18,532 nt of DNA from assembly GCA_048939465.1 (NCBI GenBank), contig JBHLPL010000033.1, forward strand, positions 1-18,532, in the 5' to 3' direction. Shown piece after piece: positions 7,668 through 16,202 of the stretch. The stretch comes from Promethearchaeota archaeon (GTDB lineage: Archaea; Asgardarchaeota; Odinarchaeia; Odinarchaeales; JBHLKK01). Both the position numbers and the translations under genes were made by a program. Numbering within the stretch: position 1 is the first letter of the stretch; every line of letters starts with the position of its first letter. Below the pieces are notes generated by a model, which was given only the letters and a program-made list of their open reading frames with translations, had not been told where the DNA came from and searched no databases.

Positions 7668-9137
7668 ATGTCAGAGATTAAGCTTCAGAGGAATCTTAGT
7701 CTTTTTGACGTCACAAACTTAGTCATAGGAGGGATAATTGGGGCCGATGTCTATGTGGCCTCATCCTTCGGAGCAGGCCTTCTTGGACCACTTTCGATTT
7801 TGGTGTGGGTCATAGCAGGCCTTATAGCGATAGTTATTGCTCTATCTTTCGCTCAATGCGCTTCTCTACTGCCCAGAGTCGGAGGACCCTACGCCTATGC
7901 TAGAGAGGCTTGGGGGCCGTTTCCAGGTTTTCTTGCAGGTTGGTCGCTTTGGCTTGCCGAGTGGATATCACTGGCTGTATTTCCGGTGGCATTTACACGT
8001 TATCTGATGTTTTTCTTCCCAAATCTTGATTGGGTAGGCCAAACATTTGTCAAAGTGCTCTTTGTTGCATTCCTAGCAACAACGAATATAGTCGGAGTCA
8101 AGACGGCAGGAAGAACAAATGATGTACTTACCATAATAAAGATCGTTCCTCTGATTTTCTTTTCCGGAATTGGAATTATCTTTGTGATTCTGAATCCGGC
8201 TGTGGTAGCATCTAATTTTTCACAGTTCGCACCATTCGGATTGACAAACTTCGGTAGCGCTGTTGTTCTAATATTCTGGGCATATGCAGGATTTGAGATA
8301 TCGACCATTCCTGCAGACGTAATAGACGACCCTGATAGAACTATCCCAAGGGCAATAACTGTCGGGATCTCAATCGTGACTGTTTTCTATTTAACAACGA
8401 ACGTCATACTGTTTGCAGTAAGACCTTGGGCTCAATTGGCTTCAGATTCAGCGCCCCTTGCTTCAGCGACTAGTTTAGTGCTGGCTATACATCCCGCATT
8501 GGCCCTTGTGGGGGCATTAATCGTAGGTGGAGGAGCTTTGATCTCCGTCAGCGGCTCTGACGAATCAGGAATGATTGGTGCATCAAGGCTCGGATATGCG
8601 TTGGCGTTAGACGGCCTTTTTCCTCGAGCCTTTGCCAAAACTCATCCGAGATTCAAAACACCTTACCTGGGAATCATGATTCAAGCGGTCACGGCCCTGA
8701 TTGCTTCCATAGTCGGTACAGTACGTGCTTTAATAGCTACTTCTGTCTTCTTCATGGCATTTGCATATTTGCTTACAGTCGCATCCGTATTCAAACTCCG
8801 CAAGAGAGATCTAAAACCAAAATTCAGACTCAAAGGCGGTCTGATAATTCCGATCTCGGCTTTCATCTTTTCTCTCTATTTACTCTCGCAAGTTACAATA
8901 ACACAACTTGCGATAGGACTGGGATTACTTCTCGTCGGAATACCAATTTATACTAGATTCTCTCCGAAGAAGGAACTAAAAGAGCTCAAGAGAATACTGG
9001 TTTCCACTCCGAATAGATTAAGAAGAGCTTACAGGCAAGAACAGAGGTTTCTAGGCAACATATTTCGTCTGATAAAGAGGTACTACCGAAGAAAGACCGG
9101 CAGGAAGCAGGCCTGGGCTGAAGTCGAAGAACGATAA
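7668..9137 (+). CDS. APC-family amino acid permease
   Basis: LQRNLSLFDV..GGIIGADVY, GGPYAYAREAWG, FWAYAGFE, PDRTIPRAI and SRLGYALALDGLFPRAF...HPRFKTP; about 12 TM segments. Confidence 0.93.
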   Translation: MSEIKLQRNLSLFDVTNLVIGGIIGADVYVASSFGAGLLGPLSILVWVIAGLIAIVIALSFAQCASLLPRVGGPYAYAREAWGPFPGFLAGWSLWLAEWISLAVFPVAFTRYLMFFFPNLDWVGQTFVKVLFVAFLATTNIVGVKTAGRTNDVLTIIKIVPLIFFSGIGIIFVILNPAVVASNFSQFAPFGLTNFGSAVVLIFWAYAGFEISTIPADVIDDPDRTIPRAITVGISIVTVFYLTTNVILFAVRPWAQLASDSAPLASATSLVLAIHPALALVGALIVGGGALISVSGSDESGMIGASRLGYALALDGLFPRAFAKTHPRFKTPYLGIMIQAVTALIASIVGTVRALIATSVFFMAFAYLLTVASVFKLRKRDLKPKFRLKGGLIIPISAFIFSLYLLSQVTITQLAIGLGLLLVGIPIYTRFSPKKELKELKRILVSTPNRLRRAYRQEQRFLGNIFRLIKRYYRRKTGRKQAWAEVEER

Positions 9138-9428
9138 TATCCCTTTGCATTTCAGTCTATCTAAATTCAGACTAATAAATAATCAGCAGAATTAGCGCTA
9201 CCGCTGATGCTATTACTACTGCTATCAGAGGGAACCAGACCTCACATAGTGATTACTTAGCCTAGTGTTTTTGCATTACTTACCTTTCTTTCTCATAGAC
9301 TTTCAGCTGAATCCTGGATGTCGTTGATTTCGGCTTTTGACTTCGAAGAATCTCAGAATGAAGTGTGATTCAGAGAAGTCCTTGATAACTATCAGAAAAG
9401 GAAGGGCGGGGACCAGTTGTCAACGGAA

Positions 9429-10316
9429 CTACCAGGGATTCTTGCCGGTTACTGTCAGATTCTCTGGGAACGATGTCCATTCCGTAAATCCACCTTCATA
9501 GATCTTCACCTTGGGATAACCGAGATACCACTTATAGAGAATGAACTGGTTGGTTGCCTCACGTCCAGTGCCACAGGTAACGATGATGGTCTTATCCGGG
9601 GTTACTCCGCGATTCTTCAGGATGGATCTTATCTCTCCCTCAGACTTCAGCAACTTTCTGTTATTATCCGTCATCAGGGCGGGCCAAGGGAGGCTTACAG
9701 CTCCCGGAATATGACCGGTTTTGATCCATAGCTGGCTCCCTTCAACAACGCCTTCATAAACATGAGCGGGACGGTTATCCAAGACTATCACATCTTGCCT
9801 GTCTCGTTCTACCTTGAATCTTTCGTACTCTATGAAGTAATCTGAGCGGATAACGGCTGGAAAACGGGATTCCTCGCCTTTCGGGAAGACCTTCGTTATT
9901 TGCCTACCCTCTTCCTTCCACTTATCGATGCCGCCATCAAGGACGTAAACATTATCGTGTCCAAACCGCACCAGAGAATAAGCAACCATGGTCTGCTCCA
10001 GCCCATCCCCCCACCCTTTAAAGGGTCCAGTTCCCGTGTAAACAACAACGGGTAGATTCGGCTTCAGACCTAAACGACTGAAAATCAGACCGATCGCCTC
10101 GGGAGGTACATAGTATCCCGGTTTCCCCTTCAAAGATACCCGAAGTAACCCTTCGTTCATGTAGACTGCCCCCGGTATATGTTCTTGGATGTAATCGTGT
10201 ATATTCGGTTGAGTGTCCAGAATCATCAGGTTCTTATCTTCAAGGTGCTCTTCCAGCCAATCAGTTGAGACCCATTTGACCTTTCCCTCTCCAGAAGGAT
10301 GTGGGTATGCCTTCAT
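9429..10316 (-). CDS. Tandem-domain rhodanese / sulfurtransferase (SseA/TST-like)
   Basis: WVSTDWL, HIPGA twice, VLDGG..KW, active-site loop CGTGREA and YEGGFTEW; GGAGG SD before ATG 10316. Confidence 0.93.
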   Translation of the reverse strand: MKAYPHPSGEGKVKWVSTDWLEEHLEDKNLMILDTQPNIHDYIQEHIPGAVYMNEGLLRVSLKGKPGYYVPPEAIGLIFSRLGLKPNLPVVVYTGTGPFKGWGDGLEQTMVAYSLVRFGHDNVYVLDGGIDKWKEEGRQITKVFPKGEESRFPAVIRSDYFIEYERFKVERDRQDVIVLDNRPAHVYEGVVEGSQLWIKTGHIPGAVSLPWPALMTDNNRKLLKSEGEIRSILKNRGVTPDKTIIVTCGTGREATNQFILYKWYLGYPKVKIYEGGFTEWTSFPENLTVTGKNPW

Positions 10317-10360
10317 AACGTAAGCCCTCCTTTCAATCAAACTTCCACTGGAGTCTCCTT

Positions 10361-10375
10361 TATAACGGTGTTATA
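10361..10375. promoter_or_regulatory. Palindromic operator-like site C, TATAAC-GGT-GTTATA
   Basis: Perfect 6-3-6 palindrome overlapping the downstream edge of the minus-strand TATA box (TTTATATA, 10374-10381) of the sulfurtransferase gene. Confidence 0.6.
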
Positions 10376-10444
10376 TATAAATTTTGCTATTACATTAAAA
10401 GAAGCGAGATAAGACTCTCCTTCCTGAACGGATCTTCGGAGGTT

Positions 10445-11203
10445 TTAGAATCCGGATCTGCCCCTGCCCTGAACTACTGCTATGCCATCCTTTCCCACGG
10501 TGAATTCGTGGATTTCCATGCTGTGGGAAGTACCTCTCATTTTCCTTACCATTAGTGTTCTCACAAACGTGTGTTGCCGTTTCTCCAACCCAAGCACTAT
10601 TATGCCATCTGCCACGAATTGCTCTACGTCAAATCTGCTGAGTCTTTCGCTGCCCCCCGGAATCTCCGTCACAACAAAAGACGTGCAGTCAAGCTGAGCT
10701 ACCCCAAAGAAGAAACGTTGAACGTCTCGCCTCAATTCAAAGAGGTTATCATATTGGTACGCAACAGGAACTATCGAATCCAGTACGAATCTCTTGGCCC
10801 CGATTTCTCCTATGACGGTTGATGCCTTATAGAGCAAAGCGTCTATCTCGTTTCTTCTGAGAATGTATTTTTCAGCAGAAGGAGCAGATATTCTGGTGCT
10901 TATCGCGTCCACCATTGCAAGTTTTCCTTCATCTTCTAACTTATCCAAATCCCAGCCAAATGCTGAGAAGTGCCGTTTCAGCTTGCTCGGGGTTTCATCC
11001 ATTGCTATGAATACTCCGGGCTCACCTTGATCCACAATTCCCTTGTAGATGAATTGCATAGCGAATATGGATTTCCCAGTCCCTGTACTCCCTGTAATCA
11101 GGTATGTTCCACCTCTCGGGATTCCACCCTCTAACAGCTCGTCCAATCCCGTTACTCCTGTTGAAACTCTTGAGCTCATTCTCATCTGCGCTTCTTGACT
11201 CAT
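10445..11203 (-). CDS. Single-domain KaiC/RAD55-like (RecA-superfamily) ATPase
   Basis: STGVTGLDELLEGG, Walker A GSTGTGKS, Walker B RFVLDS, ADGIIVL and RKMRGT are hallmarks of the KaiC family; ATG 11203 follows GGTGG. Confidence 0.93.
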   Translation of the reverse strand: MSQEAQMRMSSRVSTGVTGLDELLEGGIPRGGTYLITGSTGTGKSIFAMQFIYKGIVDQGEPGVFIAMDETPSKLKRHFSAFGWDLDKLEDEGKLAMVDAISTRISAPSAEKYILRRNEIDALLYKASTVIGEIGAKRFVLDSIVPVAYQYDNLFELRRDVQRFFFGVAQLDCTSFVVTEIPGGSERLSRFDVEQFVADGIIVLGLEKRQHTFVRTLMVRKMRGTSHSMEIHEFTVGKDGIAVVQGRGRSGF

Positions 11204-11213
11204 TCTTACCACC

Positions 11214-11615
11214 TTAGAACCAACCCTCAATCTTTTTGAAGGTCTTTCCTCCTTTACCTATCCTAACGATTTCTTCGTAGATTCTTGGCAACTCCTTATC
11301 ATAATTCACATCAGTATTACCGTTAAAACACTCTTCCATAATTCGTGGCAACTGCTCTCGATATATGCTAGGAGCCTCCTTATCCTCCAATAAGACTACA
11401 AGGCATTTGTTTATATCAAGCCCCCCGTAGTAACTTGCTGCGTTCAACTTACCCATCTTCAGTGCCACAAAACCTGGGTTTCGGCTTGACAGCGTATGCA
11501 TGCTGTAGATGACCGTAGTTTGATTCTTCTCCAACCGAGTACGCGGCGGGTATACAGCTTCCAAAACAGCCCCTATGTTATTGTCCCACCCAATTATTGC
11601 GATTCCACGAGGCAT
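11214..11615 (-). CDS. Stand-alone longin / uDENN-like domain protein
   Basis: GIAIIGWDNNIGAVLEAVYP resembles the (F/W)DxxxG...YP beta-hairpin of uDENN/NPR2-type longins. The apparent order is beta-beta-alpha-beta-beta-beta-alpha-alpha. GGTGA SD lies 5 nt before ATG 11615 (133 aa). Fold assigned by eye only. Confidence 0.62.
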   Translation of the reverse strand: MPRGIAIIGWDNNIGAVLEAVYPPRTRLEKNQTTVIYSMHTLSSRNPGFVALKMGKLNAASYYGGLDINKCLVVLLEDKEAPSIYREQLPRIMEECFNGNTDVNYDKELPRIYEEIVRIGKGGKTFKKIEGWF

Positions 11616-11660
11616 GCGATTCACCAGCCTATTATCTGCTCGCCGAATATCCTCCATCTT

Positions 11661-11690
11661 CTTATTCTTTAGAGTCTTATTCTTCAGAGC
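11661..11690. repeat. 2 x 15-bp tandem repeat
   Basis: CTTATTCTTTAGAGT / CTTATTCTTCAGAGC (13/15 identical). Confidence 0.6.
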
Positions 11691-12079
11691 CAAAGCGTGC
11701 TGTAATTGCCTTCTTTTTGAAGAAAGCAGGGGGCTTCGAATTCATTCTCGACGGAGTTGTGTTTCAATATATAACAGTAGTGCAAATGATGTAATATATT
11801 TTTCTATGATTCGCGAATGTCCGCTGACTTCATTGTTAACTCTCCAAAAGAGACTGCGATATCCTCACTCTGACGAAGGTGTTGCCTGAAGTTCTTACAT
11901 TCCATAATACGTCAACTTATGGTTCTTTTGCAGGAACGAGTGAAAAAGGCCAACATCCAATATTGTTTTACGAGGAATCAATCACTTGGATGGCATCAAA
12001 TACTCAATCGGTGCGGTATCTTTTTTAATAACTGGTTTTTCATACTAATCGGTATTATCGGCACCCAGGAGAAAACGCC

Positions 12080-12652
12080 ATGAACGTAGAGGAAGCGATC
12101 AGCAAAAGGAGGGCATACCGCTCACTGGAGCCTTTCGAAATAACCGAACAGCTCATTGAGGATCTGGCCAAATCCATTCAACTGGCTCCTTCTTGTTTCA
12201 ACAATCAGCCCTGGAGATTTGTGTTCGTATACGAAGATAAAGCGCTGAAAAAGATGCACACCGCTCTGACTCCAGCCAACAGGTGGGCTAAACACGCGTC
12301 TGTGATTGTTGCCGTTTTCAGCAGAGCAGACTACGATTGTCAGCTTAAGGAGAGGGACTACTTCCTTTTTGATACCGGAATGGCCACGGCATACCTTATA
12401 CTGAGAGCAACTGAGCTGGATTTGGTCGCCCATCCGATAGCAGGCTATAGCGAAGACATCGTGAAGGACATACTTGACATTCCAGAAGACATGAAGGTAA
12501 TCACACTTGTCATCGTCGGAAAGCATTCCAAAGAGATCGCAGACTACCTTTCCGAAAACCAAAAAGAACGCGAAAGGAAAAGGCCGGAGAGACTGCCTTT
12601 GAAAGATTTTGCCTACCTAAACAGATACGGAACAGGCCTCACAATGGGGTGA
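12080..12652 (+). CDS. Nitroreductase family protein
   Basis: AISKRRAYRS, LAPSCFNNQPWRFV, and DTGMATAYLILRATELDLVAHPIAG. Confidence 0.93.
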   Translation: MNVEEAISKRRAYRSLEPFEITEQLIEDLAKSIQLAPSCFNNQPWRFVFVYEDKALKKMHTALTPANRWAKHASVIVAVFSRADYDCQLKERDYFLFDTGMATAYLILRATELDLVAHPIAGYSEDIVKDILDIPEDMKVITLVIVGKHSKEIADYLSENQKERERKRPERLPLKDFAYLNRYGTGLTMG

Positions 12653-12659
12653 TAAGATT

Positions 12660-12875
12660 TTGAGGAAAAGGGACGATGGACAACTGGACGGGGGAAGCCC
12701 CCTGGCTTTTATTGTCCTTTCAATTGTGTTTGTCGCAGCAGGCATCATTCTAATGTGGTTTTTCCTGTTCATAGCAATCATTTCCTTTTTCATAGCCTTC
12801 GTCTGGTTCGTAACAGGATACGCACATTACAGGAGGCTTAAGGAAGAGAAATCACGGGGCCGAACAAGATTCTGA
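12660..12875 (+). CDS. Small membrane protein (about 2 TM helices)
   Basis: Two hydrophobic stretches and a basic tail; TTG start 7 nt after GGGGTGA; fills the gap between co-oriented genes. Confidence 0.65.
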   Translation: MRKRDDGQLDGGSPLAFIVLSIVFVAAGIILMWFFLFIAIISFFIAFVWFVTGYAHYRRLKEEKSRGRTRF

Positions 12876-12913
12876 CCCCGTCGGAAGAATTGAGAACTTC
12901 GGGAGGACAGGAC

Positions 12914-15019
12914 ATGACCGACAATTCAGCTGAGATTAAGCCTAATCGGTTAATATCTGAAAAGAGTCCTTACCTGCTTCAGCACGCCCGCAATCCTGTC
13001 GACTGGTACCCTTGGAGTCCCGAGGCGTTTGAGAAGGCCAAAAGGGAAGACAGACCAATCTTCCTGTCCATCGGCTACTCAACATGCCACTGGTGTCATG
13101 TCATGGAGAAGGAGTCCTTCGAGGACCGCGAAGTGGCCAGCCTCATGAACGAAGCATTTGTCAACATCAAGGTAGACAGGGAAGAAAGACCAGATCTGGA
13201 CGCGATCTACATGACAGTATGCCAGATGATGACAGGCCGCGGCGGATGGCCTCTTACAATCATTATGACTCCTGACAAGAAGCCCTTCTTTTCAGCGACT
13301 TACATTCCAAAGGAAAGGAAGTTTGGAAGAATCGGGATGAAGGAGCTAATCCCTCACATAAAAGGACTGTGGAAGTCTAAGAGGGATGAGGTGATTGATT
13401 CTGCCGAAAAGATCGTATCTTCTCTGAGAAGAGCAAGAACCGCACTCTCAGTCCAAGAATTGGGAGAAACCACACTATCCTTGGCCTACGAAAGCCTCCA
13501 TATCAGTTTTGATGAAGAGCACGGCGGCTTCAGACACGCCCCGAAGTTCCCAACACCCCACAACCTTACTTTCCTTCTCAGGTACTGGAAGCGGACAGGT
13601 AACGCAAAGGCCCTCGAAATGGTTGAAAAGACCTTAAAGTCTATGCGGCTTGGTGGTATCTATGACCAGATTGGATTTGGATTTCACCGCTACTCGATCG
13701 ACAGAGAATGGCTGGTACCTCATTTCGAAAAGATGCTCTACGATCAGGCCATGCTCACAATGGCCTACACAGAAGCCTACCAGGCCACTGGAAGAGATGA
13801 GTATCAGCAGACGGCTCACGAGATAATTACCTATGTCTTAAGGGACATGACGGATCCGGAAGGTGGTTTCTACTCTGCCGAAGACGCAGACAGCGAAGGA
13901 GAGGAAGGAAAATTCTACCTGTGGACGAGGGAGGAAATCAAAGAACTGCTCACCGAAGAGGAGGGAGACCTCGTAACAAGTGTATACTCTATTGAGGAGG
14001 AAGGCAACTTCTCAGAAGAAGCCACAGGAAGGCTTACAGGCAGAAACATACTTCACCTAAAGAAGCCACTTTCAGAGATTGCCTCCGAACTAAAGATTCC
14101 GCTTGAGAAGCTTGAACAGGTTCTGCGTAAGGCCAGGCGCAAGCTGTTCTCTTTCAGAGAAAAAAGAGTTCATCCCCACAAGGATGACAAGATCTTAACC
14201 GACTGGAACGGGCTCATGATTGTTGCCTTGACAAAGGCAGCGCAGGCCCTAGGCGAGGAGAAGTATCTTGATTCTGCCAAGAAGGCGGCAGACTTCATCC
14301 TCGAAAGATTGAGCGACTCAAAAGGAAGGCTCCTTCACCGATACAGAGAGGGTGAAGCCGACATTCCTGCCTTCATAGATGATTACGCCTTCTTCATCTG
14401 GGGACTTGCTGAGATCTACGAGGCCAGCTTCGAGGTAAAATACCTCAGAAACGCTGTAAGATGCGCCGAGGACATGATAGAGCACTTCTGGGACGATGGA
14501 CCAGGTGGCTTTTACTTCACAGCAGACGATTCCGAAAGCCTGCTTGTTCGAAAGAAGGAGATCTACGACGGAGCGATACCCTCAGGAAATTCTGCAGCGA
14601 TGCTTGTTCTGCTTCGCCTCAGCCGCATGACCGGCAGCACCGATTACGAGGACAAGGCAGCGCAGATCGCGCGCACCTTTTCGGGAAATGTCGCAATGGC
14701 ACCCGAAGCGTACACTCATCTGATGAGTGCTCTGGACTTTGCCGTTGGCCCCTCATATGAGCTGGTTTTGGTCGGAAATTCCGAGGCAGAAGACACGAAA
14801 GCCATGTCAAAAGCTGTCAGAGAAAGGTTCATTCCAAACAAGGTGGTGCTTTTCAGGCCTGCAGACATAGAGTCTCCAGAGATCGCAGAACTCGCAAGTT
14901 TCACCGCTCCCCTATCAACCCTGGGAGGGAAGGCCACAGCGTACGTCTGCAAGAACTACAGATGCGATCTTCCGACAACAAGCATAGAGAAAATGCTGGA
15001 ATTGCTGGATGCCAAGTGA
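12914..15019 (+). CDS. yyaL: Thioredoxin-domain / six-hairpin protein of the YyaL (SSP411/SPATA20, DUF255) family
   Basis: [81 protein letters not shown] and AYVC. Confidence 0.95.
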   Translation: MTDNSAEIKPNRLISEKSPYLLQHARNPVDWYPWSPEAFEKAKREDRPIFLSIGYSTCHWCHVMEKESFEDREVASLMNEAFVNIKVDREERPDLDAIYMTVCQMMTGRGGWPLTIIMTPDKKPFFSATYIPKERKFGRIGMKELIPHIKGLWKSKRDEVIDSAEKIVSSLRRARTALSVQELGETTLSLAYESLHISFDEEHGGFRHAPKFPTPHNLTFLLRYWKRTGNAKALEMVEKTLKSMRLGGIYDQIGFGFHRYSIDREWLVPHFEKMLYDQAMLTMAYTEAYQATGRDEYQQTAHEIITYVLRDMTDPEGGFYSAEDADSEGEEGKFYLWTREEIKELLTEEEGDLVTSVYSIEEEGNFSEEATGRLTGRNILHLKKPLSEIASELKIPLEKLEQVLRKARRKLFSFREKRVHPHKDDKILTDWNGLMIVALTKAAQALGEEKYLDSAKKAADFILERLSDSKGRLLHRYREGEADIPAFIDDYAFFIWGLAEIYEASFEVKYLRNAVRCAEDMIEHFWDDGPGGFYFTADDSESLLVRKKEIYDGAIPSGNSAAMLVLLRLSRMTGSTDYEDKAAQIARTFSGNVAMAPEAYTHLMSALDFAVGPSYELVLVGNSEAEDTKAMSKAVRERFIPNKVVLFRPADIESPEIAELASFTAPLSTLGGKATAYVCKNYRCDLPTTSIEKMLELLDAK

Positions 15020-15089
15020 GAGCAGGAAGGGAGAAAAAGGACTTCGACTGAAACCTTATCTTATCTGTTACGGAGCGCAGGGATCTAGC

Positions 15090-15605
15090 ATGGTGAAGCA
15101 AGAAATCTTTGAGGCGTTAAGAACAGTTTATCGAAAACTGAAAGATGAGAAGATCAGATGGGTTTTGATCGGAACTTCAAGCCTGGCTTTCCAGGGAGTG
15201 GATATTGAGGTACAAGATATTGACATCCTCACCGACAGAACTGGTGCGCTTAGGATCGGCGAATTGCTGAAAGAGTATGAGGGCAAGCCGGTGGAATTTG
15301 GGCGTTCTGAGATTTTTGAGTCATATTTTGGAATATTCAGGATAGGGGGGGTGGATGTGGAGATTATGGGAGATCTTAAGGAAAGGATCGGTGGCAGGTG
15401 GGTTTCTACTGTTCAGAGATTGGAGTCCCCGGAGATTGTGCGGATTCAGGGAGTGAAGGTAGCCGTTTCTTCTCTCGGAGAGCAGTTGAGGGCTTATGAA
15501 GGGTTGGGGAGGGAGGGAGATCTGGCTACGATTAGGAAGATAAGGGAATTCTTAGGTCGATGCGAGAAGGAGAGGGGAGTGGGAGGAAGCAGGTTAGGTG
15601 GATAG
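15090..15605 (+). CDS. Pol-beta-superfamily nucleotidyltransferase (LnuA/aminoglycoside-NT-like fold)
   Basis: WVLIGTSSLAFQG...QDIDILT (GS/GT...DxD) and a third acidic strand VDVEIM; ATG 15090 preferred. Confidence 0.8.
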   Translation: MVKQEIFEALRTVYRKLKDEKIRWVLIGTSSLAFQGVDIEVQDIDILTDRTGALRIGELLKEYEGKPVEFGRSEIFESYFGIFRIGGVDVEIMGDLKERIGGRWVSTVQRLESPEIVRIQGVKVAVSSLGEQLRAYEGLGREGDLATIRKIREFLGRCEKERGVGGSRLGG

Positions 15606-16202
15606 CGGGGTGTTTTCGGGCAAAGCGGCTTCGGGTTCTTGAAGATGCGAAGTGAGGAATTGGGGTAAAGGCTAGGTAGTATCAAGGTTTTTAACTCTTG
15701 ATGACAGATTAGTTACTGCAGATGTCCGAGAACCCCTCAGAAGCTGCGGAGTGCGAGGGATCTTTCGTATATGTTGGTTTTTGGAGTTCGTAGTGGGAGG
15801 CGGGGGGTGGAGAGGGGGCCGGGGAGAGGAGGGGGCTAAACTACTTTCGAAATTTGCTGAAAGCTTTTGATCGGAGGTCGAGTTTAGTTCACGGAACCAC
15901 TCCGATCGCCGCGAATTGGACAAAAGGGCCCGTCTGCCGAGACTCTCACACTAGCAGACCAGGAAGAAAGAGCGAGACTATGGAGTTCCCTCACCTGAGC
16001 AGATTTGGCAGTGAGGCTAATCGAGGTTTTCCTATTGCTACGAACAACCAAGCCGCGCTGTTTCCTGCAGTTTGACTTCCACGTTTCAAGCAAAACTATC
16101 CTTCTTTTTCATATCCAGGAGAAATCTGTCTCGATCTCTCGTATCCCTTAAGCTTATTCGGGTCGTCAAAGACTTCAATGGCTTCGAACAATTGATTTAC
16201 TG

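Noticed and set aside
10445-11203. True circadian KaiC clock
   Set aside because: Single domain, no KaiC ST phosphosite pair visible (VEQFVAD instead), and no kaiA/kaiB in the window.
11575-11889. 104-aa plus-strand ORF
   Set aside because: Overlaps the longin gene start antisense and spans its promoter region; no motifs.
12122-12562. 146-aa minus-strand Cys-rich ORF
   Set aside because: Antisense to the well-supported nitroreductase.
12853-12879. ACGGGG...CCCCGT hairpin over the small membrane gene stop
   Set aside because: Only about 6 bp with no U-tract, and genes appear operonic; not distinguishable from chance.
15672-16093. ORFs 15672-15923(-), 15854-16075(+) and 15884-16093(-), and a minus frame with five TAGs
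   Set aside because: Low-complexity or motif-free. The TAGs mirror CTA triplets on the plus strand (Leu codons of the candidate remnant frame), so they do not indicate pyrrolysine or recoding.
15606-16202. RNase P RNA, SRP RNA, tRNA or oriC (ORB with G-string) in the long gap
   Set aside because: No GAGGAAAGUCC, SRP helix-8 or T-loop motif, no GTTCCAGTGGAAAC-type ORB, and no cdc6/orc1 gene nearby.
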